Below, in pieces: positions 10,600-21,242 of a DNA stretch of 32,000 bases; the stretch's first letter is position 1, and every line of letters begins with the position of its first letter. The DNA lies in assembly GCF_000195855.1 (NCBI RefSeq), contig NC_002677.1:1800001-1832000 (forward strand), read 5' to 3'. This DNA is from Mycobacterium leprae TN. Its GTDB lineage: Bacteria > Actinomycetota > Actinomycetes > Mycobacteriales > Mycobacteriaceae. A program made the position numbers and the translations under genes. Under the pieces are notes generated by a model. That model was not told the DNA's origin. It did no database searches and worked only from the letters and a program-made list of their open reading frames with translations.

Positions 10600-13500
10600 C
10601 TAGTAGATCACCGCCTGGTTGCGGCTGCGCACCACAGTCACCTCACCACCCTGGTTGCCCGTCGGGACCAAGTACGTTGAACCCGAAAGCATGCCGGCTG
10701 CAGCCACCGGCCAGGTGGCTGGGCTTGATTCGCACCCCAGTCAGCGCCTTGTTATTGCCGCAGCGCTCATTATTGGTCTCAGTGCGCGGTGTATCGATGG
10801 TGCTTTCCTGCACGTGGTAAACAAACACCACACCATTAGGCATTCGTTGGCTAACGATCACCCGGCACACATAAATCCCGCTGGCGTTAACCGTCTTGAC
10901 CCAATCATTATCAAGCACTTTCATTTTCACAGCATCTGAAGGGATCATCCACATTGTCGGGACGTCGCGAGACAACGGCAGCATGCAGAGGTTGTGCTGG
11001 GTAGGTCATAAAGAAAATACCACTTAACTAATACAGCGTCAGGTATCGTGCGGTGAGCCCGATGCCCTCTCATCGGTTGGGCCGAACTGTGGTTAGTTAT
11101 CCAGCCGAACCATATCCAGAGGCCACCGATAAACGGGCAATTGTTCGCTAAGCTCCTTAATCTAGTTAGAGGCGAATGCTTCCGGTCGGCGTATGGAACG
11201 ACTTGAGGTGCTCTATATAGTGATCATGAATGGGTAGTAGAGACGGCCACCGGTACTCACCGGCCAGATCACTCTGGACTGGTAACCACCTGGAACCAAA
11301 CGCACCTGAATCTCGACGTAGGTGATACGCTTTTCCTCACTGCCCTCGGCCCGATGAGCCAACCGTCGTAAGGTGCGCTTGCCGAATTCTAGGAAGCCCT
11401 TGACAGCTACTCGGGCGTTGTACGTGTATAAGACAAAGCCAGTATCACGTCGGCCATTCGACTGACCGTGATGGTCGCCGAACAGCCAACTGTTGCACCG
11501 GACTTTCTCAATCCAAATTTGGCAGCCAATTTCGCTGATCTCACGGAAAGGATGAAAATAGAGCCCTTGACGCCCACCGACCTGGTCGATGAGCGGTCTC
11601 AGCGTCACCCACTTGTCGTAAGTCGCGGAATAGTAACGCTCCACGTCAGTGAGCTTGCTCATCGACGTACCCGGCACTGGCACCTGTCCGGTACGCAGCC
11701 AATCACATTCGTTACCATCCGGACACGCCATAGCGTCCGGATGGTCATTTAACAGCACGGCCAGCACGACATCGCGGCAAGTACCAAAGATGACGCTTGA
11801 CCATCGCGCTGAAAGCGCGGGCAATAGTAGCTAATGCGTGGAAGTCCGAACGAGTTTTCCAGGGCGGGTCAATCACCGAGGTGAACACGTGCACATATGG
11901 GTGCATATCAGTGCTGGACAGGTCGTTCTTCTCGTACCAAATCCCGGCGGACAGTACTACGTCGGACACCAACGTCGTCGACGTCATTCGTAAGTCGATC
12001 AACATCATCAGGTCACGCTTGCCTTCTAGCATGCCGTCGTCCAGAGGTTAAGCCTGAACGTTGAAGTCGACTTGAGCATATTCCTTAGGAAGTACTCGCT
12101 GCCCTTGCCCGACGAACCGATCACGTTGTCTTGCCAGACAGTGAGCATCCGCGGCAAGTTGACCGGGTTATGGGAGTCGGTGATCGCAAGCTTGCGCTAA
12201 ACGAGTTGTTCGGCAACGTAGTCAGCAGCATCGCACCCCGCGGCCTGTGCCTCCTGGGCAACGTGGAGGAGCAGAACCGTGGAATTGAGAGTAAAGCACG
12301 CTCCAACCTATCGCCGTCGCCAAGGTCAGCAAAGCTATCGTGTGCTTGCCGGTTAACCTGCCGCGATCCGACCTAGCTGACTAGTCGATCAGCATCGAAA
12401 ATATCGATGCGCCACTGATCAGTGTGCGCATACCATTACGAGGCGGCAGGTACCTGTCGCGGCGACCGCACCCAGTCGGTAAATTGGTCATGGTCGGCCA
12501 TCCGGTTAGCGGACGCACCTTTTCCTGACCGACATAGTGGACCCCAGCCGCCGTTGTGTCCCATCGAGCCGGTCAGCCAGCAGCTTCAGCACCGATCCGG
12601 TAGATAGCGTCGCTTGTGACTACCAGTGGCAGATGCCGCAGCCCATGATGACCATGAGTCGCCCGCGGATTCCTCTGCTTTGCGGGCAAAGTCCTTAGAG
12701 ATCCGGGTAGCCTACTGAACCGGGATCCCGATGATCGCTTCCTGCCAAGCCGGGATGTTCTGTTGGGTGGGATGGCCTTAACCGGTGAACCACTCGCCGA
12801 GTAACACCAGGCGCACCACCCCGGAATGGTCCAGCATGAGATCGAACACCGTACACACCACGACACTTGCCGACCCGATATACCGGGACACCACACGACA
12901 CAGCCTCACAATCGCCGTAGACGGTGTCAAAGCTGGGCAGATCAACCAGTTCTGCTTCATCTGTACCGGTAACGCTCAACGCGGGTAACACCCGAACCCA
13001 AGTCGTTAGTCCACTTGCCGAGACCATCCTCGCCGAAAAGGAACCCGGTGAGCCCTGTGGCACAACGACAGTGTAGGTAACTCCACCCAGAAATGCGGTT
13101 TTGAATACCAAATTCTCGACTGCATCACCAATATCGTCCGCTTTCAATAATTTTCCAAACACCAACGAATCACCGGACTTCTCCGGTGTGATCGGGAAGA
13201 GCAGGTCAGTGCAGTGGCGAACATAGGCCAACGGAGAACAGAACCTGTTTGTCTACATAGCATTACAACAGAATCACGTCACCCATTTCCACGACTAACG
13301 ACACATCGGTTCCAGCTGAGCATCGCATACACTCGTAGGAAAAAATTTTGTGTTGTCGGCGTAATCCGACGCTTAACCATAACGATTTTAATGCAACGGT
13401 AGCGGGCTTCAGCCATCCAGTGCATCCAGTGTGTGTGTCGGACGTACGAGTGATCGGGGCATTGGAGGCCCACATGACCAAATACGAAGCTTACCAACAA

Positions 13501-14263
13501 TCTCCGGATTCGGGGACATCAGTGTAGTCGCCGAATACCTGCTGCGAAGCCACCGGCAAGTCGGCGTATTAGCCCTAGAAAGACGTAATCACACCACCGA
13601 TCAGCTCAACACACCGCGATCCCGTGACATGCTTGAACAGCGACATCGACAGGATCGGCACAAATCCAGCGACCCGGTCCGTCCGGATCATAAGCCTTAA
13701 TGGTGTGCACGTAGATCGCAACGATCATCTCGCTGGCCTCAGCTCACCTGCACTAGCCCCATTTTACCCCGAGCCTGCTGATAGCGGCGGCAACACTCAA
13801 GATCGGCTTGGATATCGACCCACGCTAGCACGGGTTTTTTAAGCCAGGCTTTGGCGTCGCGGAGCATTTCGACCAGCACGCCGCAGGCATACGCGGTAGC
13901 CTGCCCAGGCAGGCGAAGTGCTTCTACCAGGAGAAAGACGCACCGCGGGGGCAACCACCACAGCTCGTGTTGAGGCCAGACTGGGGACATAGACGGATAG
14001 CCTGTTTACTGAGTTTCCCAGGTGATGATCCCGTCTTTGACATAAGATCTTCCACAATCACGATCCGATGCAGTTGACCCCGCAGGTGGACCGGACCCCT
14101 TGTCGGGCCTCCGCCCGGTCGCGGTATAAGCTTGTTACCTTCGCGGCCACTGCGTCGGGTGGCGATGCGCAGATCGACAGAGAACTCACCTAAAAGTCAA
14201 TGAAGCGGCCGCTGCGTTCCAGTAGTTTTCAAGCTTTCCGCCAAGGTGAGGTGTGACAGTCAC
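10600..14263 (-). pseudogene. narG: Nitrate reductase alpha (molybdopterin) subunit NarG pseudogene
   Basis: GTG at 14263 gives VTVTPHLGGKLE.. (Mtb NarG begins MTVTPHVGGPLEE). Fragments follow in all three frames:
- DGIITWETQ-like at about 14000
- DLMMLIDLRMTSTTLVSDVVLSAGIWYEKNDLSSTDMHPYVH (11745-12032)
- LSRDVPTMWM..DNDWVKTVNASG...YHVQES (10643-10984)
- terminal TGNQGGEVTVVRSRNQAVIY-stop at 10600
The remnant spans about 3.66 kb, close to the full ancestral length. Confidence 0.88.
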
Positions 14264-14279
14264 ACGGATGACCCTCCTT

Positions 14280-14862
14280 GTCACTCGTGTCGTACCTCGT
14301 ACTAGTTAACTGCTCGGCAGTGACCCCATCGATCCACCCGCCTGATCCCAGCCCCGTCGGCATCATGATATGCCTCGCGACCCAAGCGCGGATCCCCAAC
14401 CATTCACCAGCATAGGTTGCAGTACCCGGCTGATCGCACCTACGACACACGACCTAGTTAACAGAATAGCGTGTCATCAACGTCGGGTTTTCCGCATGTA
14501 GATACGCCTCCCGGCACAGAAGCCGTTGACCACGCCATCCAAATAATCATCGGAATCATTACCGGCATACAAATCCAGGTTAAGGTGTTGTGACGTTATT
14601 ACTGTCCAGTTAACGTCGGTTAGCTTCGTATATCGCTGTGCGTTAGTTGAATAACGACTGCTGACTTTCCCGGTACTCGCTCAAGGAACCCTAGACAAGT
14701 CGGATAGCCAACCCCAATCTGCCGGCACCCAGTCCACATCGTCCAGCTCCGCCACCATAACCCAACGCAACGTGCGGTGGTCACGCAGGTACGATGGAGC
14801 CTACAAGCAGAAGCACGCGATAGGCCCGCAGCGTCGTCGTGGCTCGGAACATAGCGAGTCAC
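14280..14862 (-). pseudogene. mutT2: Probable Nudix hydrolase MutT2 pseudogene (Rv1160 position)
   Basis: It lies between narG and phhB, as in Mtb. Two short ORFs in different frames carry weak remnants: ..GFLERVPGKSAVV.. versus the Nudix GRWELPGGKV, and ..AWVA...GGWIDGV.. versus the Mtb C-terminus CWVTA..DRGWIADL. The similarity is weak and rests on memory. Confidence 0.45.
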
Positions 14863-15090
14863 CTATTGCGATGTCACTGATTTCAAGGCCCAGCCTCCTC
14901 AGCCATTGCCTCACGCCCAGTGCAGCCCGGGCCACAACCTTGCCACCAGATAGCTCCCAACGGTCCGTCAGCTACGGCGATCGAACCCCTATCGAACCCC
15001 TTGGGGAACCAAAACCATTGTGCTGCAAAACTACCACCCCCAGCAACAACGATCTACCTCGACAGGCCAGTAACCGCATATCATCGATAT

Positions 15091-15375
15091 ATGACTGTGC
15101 TAACTGATGAGCAAGTAGACGCGGCACTGCTCGACCTCAACGACTGGAAGCATACCGACGGCGCACTGTGCCGCTCGATCAAATTTCCGACGTTTCTCGC
15201 CGGCATCGACGCTGTATGTCGGGTAGCCGAGCACGCCGAAACCAAAGATCATCACCCAGATATCGATATCCGTTATCGGACAGTTACGTTCATTCTAGTG
15301 ACACATTATGCCGATGGCATCACCAAGAAGGACATCACGATGGCACGCGATATCGACAGGCTCATCGGGGACTAG
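15091..15375 (+). CDS. phhB: Pterin-4-alpha-carbinolamine dehydratase
   Basis: From ATG 15091 the product is a 94-aa PCD-sized protein: [72 protein letters not shown]. It has the E-x-x-x-HHPD-x5-Y/W-type signature. The ORF-track start at 14920 is an unsupported upstream extension. Confidence 0.88.
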   Translation: MTVLTDEQVDAALLDLNDWKHTDGALCRSIKFPTFLAGIDAVCRVAEHAETKDHHPDIDIRYRTVTFILVTHYADGITKKDITMARDIDRLIGD

Positions 15376-16654
15376 CCACTACAGGGTGTTTCCCGATGAC
15401 GACAATCCAGATCAACGTCACCAGCGCCACCACGATATAGACCAGGCCGCCCCACGCCAGATACCACGGTCTGCCTAATTGCCAGATGGTCGGTTGAGCA
15501 AAACTGAGCAACCACGGCACGCCGACGACACTCAGCGCCAACCAGCCCCAACCCACAATCTGGGCACCGGGGCGCTCGCCCAGCGGCCCGTGAATCAGCC
15601 AGATCATCAGAGGCACCAGCCACACCCAGTGATGAGTCCAGGAAATCGGCGAAAGCAGCAGTCCGAACAACTCGACCACCAGCAATTTGCCCAGTCGGTC
15701 GGGCCGATCGAGCGCTCGCCAAGCAACAACCGCCACTACAGCGGTGATGGCGATCGCAGCGAGGACCAACGGGCCCAACCCAGCGTCGTAGCCCATGATC
15801 CGCGAGATGCCGCCGCGCCACGATTGATTGAACGAGGTGGCGATAGGACCAACTCGATGCGCGTCGCCCAGCAGCTCAGTGAAGTAGTAACGAGCCTGAT
15901 CACCAACGACGAGAGCCGACACCGCGACGGTGGCACCAAACACGGCCGCCGACAACGCTGCTGCGCGAACGCGTCGGGCCCCGAGGAAATAGACAGCTGC
16001 GATCGCCGGCGTTAACTTGATTCCGCCCGCCACACCGACCAGCAACCCCGATAGCCAGTTACGCGTGGTGTAGACCGCCCACAGCACCCCCAGCATTGGC
16101 AGCACATTGATCTGCCCGTAGTCGAAGGCGCTGCGCAGAGGCTCGATCCAGATGGCGATCGCCGTCCACAACAGCGCAACGCGGTGACCGGTATGGGAGG
16201 AAACACCCAGTAAGCGCTGGCTGATCCGAACCGCGCCATACAATGCAGCGATCGTGGTGATTTGCCACAGAAACGCCACCAGAGCAAACGGCAACAAATG
16301 CAGCGGGTAGAAGACCACTGCTGCAAACGGCGGATAGGTAAACGGGAGCGGGAAGTCCGGTGTCTGGTCGACGTACACGTAACGGTACAAGGTGCCGGGA
16401 TGGTCGATCGTAGCCGCGCCACCCAGGTAAACGTGCAGGTCAACGAAGTTTGCTCCGTTGGGTGCCAGGTAGGTCCAAGCCAGTCGCACCGCGACGCTGA
16501 AGACCAACAGTAACGGCGCGGCAGCATTCAACCGGCTCGTCAGCCGTCGGACGCGGGGTGCCGACGCGGCGGCTGTGGTGTTAGTGGTGGTGGTGTCTAT
16601 CTGCCCGACTCTAGCGACCGCGGCAAACGCCTTTGCCATGATCACTGCCACCAC
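15362..16654 (-). CDS. pimE: Polyprenol-phosphate-mannose-dependent mannosyltransferase PimE (GT-C fold, DUF2029/GT87)
   Basis: 430-aa intact polytopic membrane ORF with a GTG start. Segments match remembered Mtb PimE (Rv1159, 431 aa): [22 protein letters not shown] and [20 protein letters not shown]. The 3' end overlaps phhB by 14 nt. Confidence 0.9.
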   Translation of the reverse strand: MVAVIMAKAFAAVARVGQIDTTTTNTTAAASAPRVRRLTSRLNAAAPLLLVFSVAVRLAWTYLAPNGANFVDLHVYLGGAATIDHPGTLYRYVYVDQTPDFPLPFTYPPFAAVVFYPLHLLPFALVAFLWQITTIAALYGAVRISQRLLGVSSHTGHRVALLWTAIAIWIEPLRSAFDYGQINVLPMLGVLWAVYTTRNWLSGLLVGVAGGIKLTPAIAAVYFLGARRVRAAALSAAVFGATVAVSALVVGDQARYYFTELLGDAHRVGPIATSFNQSWRGGISRIMGYDAGLGPLVLAAIAITAVVAVVAWRALDRPDRLGKLLVVELFGLLLSPISWTHHWVWLVPLMIWLIHGPLGERPGAQIVGWGWLALSVVGVPWLLSFAQPTIWQLGRPWYLAWGGLVYIVVALVTLIWIVVIGKHPVVASPR

Positions 16655-16757
16655 TCATCTGGGTAACGATCGAATAAATACCACATATGTCACTTGAGTC
16701 ACATACGTATCAAAGTAGTTTCGGGTCCGGACCTGTCGTCAATCACCAGGGAGAGTC

Positions 16758-17306
16758 ATGGCAACCATCTGGACCTACTTGCGCGCCACCGCCATCGTTG
16801 TCGGTTCATCCGCTGCACTACTAACGGGCGGTATCGCTCACGCCGACACGGCACCTGCACCTGCACCTGCACCTGCACCTGCACCTGCACCTGCATTGAA
16901 CATTCCGCAACAGTTGATCAGTTCGGCGGCCAACGCGCCGCAAATTCTGCAAAACCTGGCGACGGCACTGGGCGCCACCCCGCCGGTCACGCCGTCGGCT
17001 CCCGGGATCAGCTTTCCCGGACTGACCCCGGCCGCGGCGACCGTACCCACCTCCTCCGCGGCGACACTCCCGTCCCTTCCCGGGATCATGGCACCAGCAA
17101 TATCCAACACCCCAACAACCCCGGGATTGCCGGCGTCCACTCCGGGGTTCCCGCAAGCCAGGGTTGATATGCCGGCGATGCCATTCTTGCCTGTTAGTGT
17201 ACCACCGCAAATTTCACTGCCAGGTGACCTACAGGCACTCGCCTCGAGCGCATCAGCCGCAGCCGCGCCGGTCGCGGCTCCGACGCTACTGTCCGCCCTG
17301 CCGTAA
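16758..17306 (+). CDS. Secreted Ala/Pro-rich protein (Rv1158c-like) containing an (Ala-Pro)7 run
   Basis: 182-aa ORF with an ATG preceded by ggagag. Signal peptide MATIWTYLRATAIVVGSSAALLTGGIAHA/DT. The rest is a low-complexity P/A/S/T-rich sequence. It sits next to pimE, as in Mtb. Confidence 0.8.
   Translation: MATIWTYLRATAIVVGSSAALLTGGIAHADTAPAPAPAPAPAPAPALNIPQQLISSAANAPQILQNLATALGATPPVTPSAPGISFPGLTPAAATVPTSSAATLPSLPGIMAPAISNTPTTPGLPASTPGFPQARVDMPAMPFLPVSVPPQISLPGDLQALASSASAAAAPVAAPTLLSALP
16851..16895. repeat. Hexanucleotide microsatellite (GCACCT)x7 plus a partial unit, in frame, encoding (AP)7
   Basis: Counted directly: seven perfect gcacct units occupy 16851-16892, followed by gca. 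The other frames give the artefactual TCTCTC.. and RCRCRC.. ORFs on the track. Confidence 0.97.
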
Positions 17307-17333
17307 GCAGCCAGTTAGACGGCTAACCCACCA

Positions 17334-18380
17334 TTGAAGACCGGAGGATTCGTGACAAGCGCTTGGAATCTACCCAAGGGTTTGGTCGCCGTCGTCACGG
17401 CATCGACTGCCGCGTTCGGGCTGTGCCAGAATGCAGCAGCCGACCCGGCCAACCCCTACGGCACACCGCCAAACCCCACCCAACAACTACCGGGTCTGCC
17501 CGCGTTGGCTCAGTTGAGTCCGATAGTCCAGCAAGCAGCCAACAACCCTCAGCAAGCGACACAGCTGCTCATGGAGGCGGTGTCAGCACTCACCCAGAAT
17601 CCGACTGCACCCATCGCGTCCAAGAACCTGGCCACGTCGGTAAGCCAGTTCATGCAGGAGCCGAACAATCCGAATCCCGGGGCTTCGGCCCTGGACATAC
17701 CCACTTCGGGCGTACCCGCTCCAGCGGCCAATGGCATCACCCCGTTGGACGTCGTCCTGGTGCCTCACCTACCATCGGCAGGTGCGGAGCCCGGCGCCCA
17801 GGCACACCTGCCTACGGGTATTGATCCAGTTCACGCGGCCGGCCCGGCGACCGCTGCAACGCCGACACCCGGAAGCCCCACTAACCGGACCGCTGCCCCA
17901 CCCACGCCGGTAGCATCACCTGCACCGACCACTCCGGAACTGCCTGCGACGACCCCGGGTTTTGGGCCAGACGCCCCACCGACGCAGGACTTCATATATC
18001 CCTCGATCAGCACCAATTGCCTTGCAGACGGCAGTAGCTCGATTGCGACAGCACTGTCAGTGGCAGGGCCGGCGAAGATCCCACTGCCCGGTCCCGGTCC
18101 CGGTCAGGCCGCCTATGTGTTTACCGCTGTCGGAACGCCTGGACCCGCCGATGTCCAGAAGTTACCATTGAACGTCACCTGGGTGAACCTGACCACCGGC
18201 AAGTCTGGGAGCGCTACGCTCAAGCCACGCCCAGACATAAATCCGGAAGGGCCAACAACGTTGACCGTAATCGCCGACACCGGCTCAGGCAGCATTATGT
18301 CTACGATCTTCGGGCAGGTCACCACCAAAGAAAAACAATGCCAGTTCATGCCCACGATCGGCTCCACGGTGGTGCCGTAA
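17334..18380 (+). CDS. Secreted Ala/Pro-rich protein (Rv1157c-like) with a Cys-containing C-terminal globular domain
   Basis: 348-aa intact ORF. The start is TTG 17334 or GTG 17352. Signal-like N-terminus LVAVVTASTAAFGLCQNAAADP. A proline-rich linker is followed by a non-repetitive C-terminal ~130 aa (FIYPSISTNCLADGSS...LNVTWVNLTTGKSGSATLKP...KEKQCQFMPTIGSTVVP). Confidence 0.8.
   Translation: MKTGGFVTSAWNLPKGLVAVVTASTAAFGLCQNAAADPANPYGTPPNPTQQLPGLPALAQLSPIVQQAANNPQQATQLLMEAVSALTQNPTAPIASKNLATSVSQFMQEPNNPNPGASALDIPTSGVPAPAANGITPLDVVLVPHLPSAGAEPGAQAHLPTGIDPVHAAGPATAATPTPGSPTNRTAAPPTPVASPAPTTPELPATTPGFGPDAPPTQDFIYPSISTNCLADGSSSIATALSVAGPAKIPLPGPGPGQAAYVFTAVGTPGPADVQKLPLNVTWVNLTTGKSGSATLKPRPDINPEGPTTLTVIADTGSGSIMSTIFGQVTTKEKQCQFMPTIGSTVVP
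18087..18104. repeat. Hexanucleotide (CCCGGT)x3, in frame, encoding PGPGPG
   Basis: Read directly: cccggt occurs at 18087-18092, 18093-18098 and 18099-18104. Confidence 0.9.
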
Positions 18381-18554
18381 CGTTCTGAAGCCGCGAGCGC
18401 GCGCAAATACACGTCGCTTACGGCATAGAGTCCGTAGGCCATGAACAAATCGCATCGCGCTCGTACTACTACCTAGCCCGGGTACACACTCACCAAGTGA
18501 ATCTGGGTGAGTTCGGACTAGTTCGTCTTCGTCCTTACCTATGATAGCTTGACC

Positions 18555-19194
18555 TCAAGGGCACGTTATGTGGAATCTTCCTGTTTCCGCTTTACCTTCG
18601 CTGCCGATATTCATCTGCTTCTTATGCGATCGCACCTGCACGAGCGAACAGGCGTCGACGATATCGACGACAGATATTGTCGCCATACCGGGTTGGTCGG
18701 ACCCGCCGACAACCGCCCGCCAGCCTTTCGGTGTCACGCCGTACTGCTTGCTAAGCAACATCAGAAAGATCTGCACTTTACTGTCCGCCAAAACCGGGTA
18801 ACCTCTTGAACCGCCTTAGTAGCTCGCTGTTATCGAGCTCACCGGCCGTCCACAATGCGTAAGGACCTGGATACTTGGCCATTGATCCCAAAAAATATAG
18901 TGTATCCCAGGTTTTTCTGAGTACAGCGCGGCGAACTTGTCCGGGTCATAGTCGGCGATGTCGCGGAAGTCAAAACCGCCCATCCGATCAACGATCTTCT
19001 TGGGTCCCGCGCAGGCTGTTGCCATCGGTACATGCTGCTCGATCAGCATGTACCGATGGCAACGCGAAGGGGTTAGCTGTCCAAGAGCGATTCGGAGGAC
19101 GGATTTTAGACAAGCTGTAGTTTCGGCACTCAGATCTTTTTAGAGTCGTATGCAAAGCACCTGACATTAGAGGCGAATGACATCCCAGGTTCAA
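18555..19194 (-). pseudogene. HhH-GPD-type base-excision-repair-like protein pseudogene (Rv1156 position)
   Basis: Three frames carry consecutive pieces of one family:
- ..ANPFAL.. (18988-19194)
- MLIEQHVPMATACAGPKKIVDRMGGFDFRDIADYDPDKFAALYSEKPGIH (18816-19049)
- KVQIFLMLLSKQYGVTPKGWRAVVGG..SVVDIVDACSLVQVRSHKKQ (18555-18791)
The family assignment is from memory. Confidence 0.6.
19021..19060. repeat. Perfect inverted repeat (17-bp arms, 6-nt spacer)
   Basis: gccatcggtacatgctg (19021-19037), ctcgat, cagcatgtaccgatggc (19044-19060). The arms are exact reverse complements. The repeat lies exactly where the Rv1156-like pseudogene changes frame. Confidence 0.97.
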
Positions 19195-19556
19195 GATGGC
19201 CCAGTAAGCCAGTTTCGGAATGGTCTCAAGTTAGACGAATTACTTTTTTTAAAAACACTTTTCACCAACTCGGCTAACACGTCAGCGACAACCTGACGAA
19301 ATGCTTCATCAGCCAATGACTATGACCCGACGACGAGTTATCAGGTCACTCCCGGCAATTCTCCACCAGACCATGAGCCCGTGACAGCTTGCCGCCGCCG
19401 TCCTCGTGGTCGGATCCGCTTAAATATTGCGTCACCTTGCAGTCCCCAGGGATTCACGGACCTTGCACTTGGTGTCATCCGCTGAATCCGACAACCCAGA
19501 AGACTTGGCATCTATCTTACGGATAGTTCTATTCAGCTATAAGAGCAGCCTAACCA

Positions 19557-20640
<1,084 letters not shown>

Positions 20641-20844
20641 GTGGTGGCACCGGCTAGAGCCTACCGACCAATCCACGGCTGAACGAAACCATTCCTAACG
20701 GCTAGTATCGTTAGGATACCAGTTCATCTGCTACCGACTGCTGGACGCATCTAGAATCCGAGAAATCGCTCGTTCCAGCTAGATTCCCCAATGCGCCAAG
20801 AGATGTACCTGCTGCCAGCCAAGGAAGCACGGCTGACACTGGCC

Positions 20845-21209
20845 TCAGTCATCGGGCACGTTAGTGAGATCGCGAATAGCATCGTACGTGATCAGCCCCA
20901 CCACTCGAGCCACTTCGACATAGTCGGCGGGTAGCAGCCGCCACCGCAGCGTCGGTCGGATCGAAGCGGGAAATAAACGTGCCGAAACACCCTCGTGTTT
21001 CAACAATCGCCGCCGACTCCAGCTCACGGTAAGCGCGGGCCACAATGGTAGCCGGCTACACCGAATTGACCGGCCAGATCGCATACCGTCGGAAGGCGGG
21101 TGTCGGACAGCAACACACCAGCCCGGGCTCCGTCGATCACCTGGTTTTTGAGCTGGTCGAACAACGGTTTGCCCGCCTTTACGTCGATCCCGCCGCTCCA
21201 CCCACCCAT
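20845..21209 (-). pseudogene. GntR (YtrA-like) transcriptional regulator pseudogene (Rv1152 position)
   Basis: About 121 codons are split over three frames: [39 protein letters not shown] (tail of ORF 21024-21575), then [36 protein letters not shown] (20861-21043), then [25 protein letters not shown] (20845-...). That implies at least 2 frameshifts. It is divergent from cobB with a 33-bp gap. Confidence 0.75.
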
Positions 21210-21242
21210 CCAGTATCTCCCAAGCCCGGCTATCTTTATAGC

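Noticed and set aside
14229-14450. A 73-aa ORF spanning the narG start region
   Set aside because: Its 5' part is the C-terminal frame of the mutT2-like remnant, and its 3' part reads through the narG start in the wrong frame. It is not an independent gene.
14305-14614. Three GTTAAC sites (14305, 14457, 14609), each within an agttaac(t)-type near-palindrome and spaced exactly 152 bp apart
   Set aside because: The flanking sequences do not align, so there is no 152-bp tandem unit. The sites lie within the mutT2 pseudogene body. With only three short sites I cannot distinguish this from coincidence. It would need a genome-wide motif count.
16688-16703. Imperfect palindrome tgtcacttgagtcaca (12 of 16 positions symmetric) in the divergent pimE / AP-rich-protein promoter gap, considered as an operator
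   Set aside because: It is too degenerate and is a single occurrence. There is no known regulator to tie it to.
16851-16895. A short regularly spaced repeat considered as a possible CRISPR-like array
   Set aside because: The units are contiguous 6-mers with no spacers and lie inside a coding frame. This is a microsatellite, not a CRISPR array.
16694-17210. ORFs encoding TCTCTCTCTCTC (+) and RCRCRCRCRCRC (-) repeats
   Set aside because: These are the other reading frames of the (GCACCT)7 microsatellite. The signal-peptide-bearing AP frame (16758-17306) is the coherent one.
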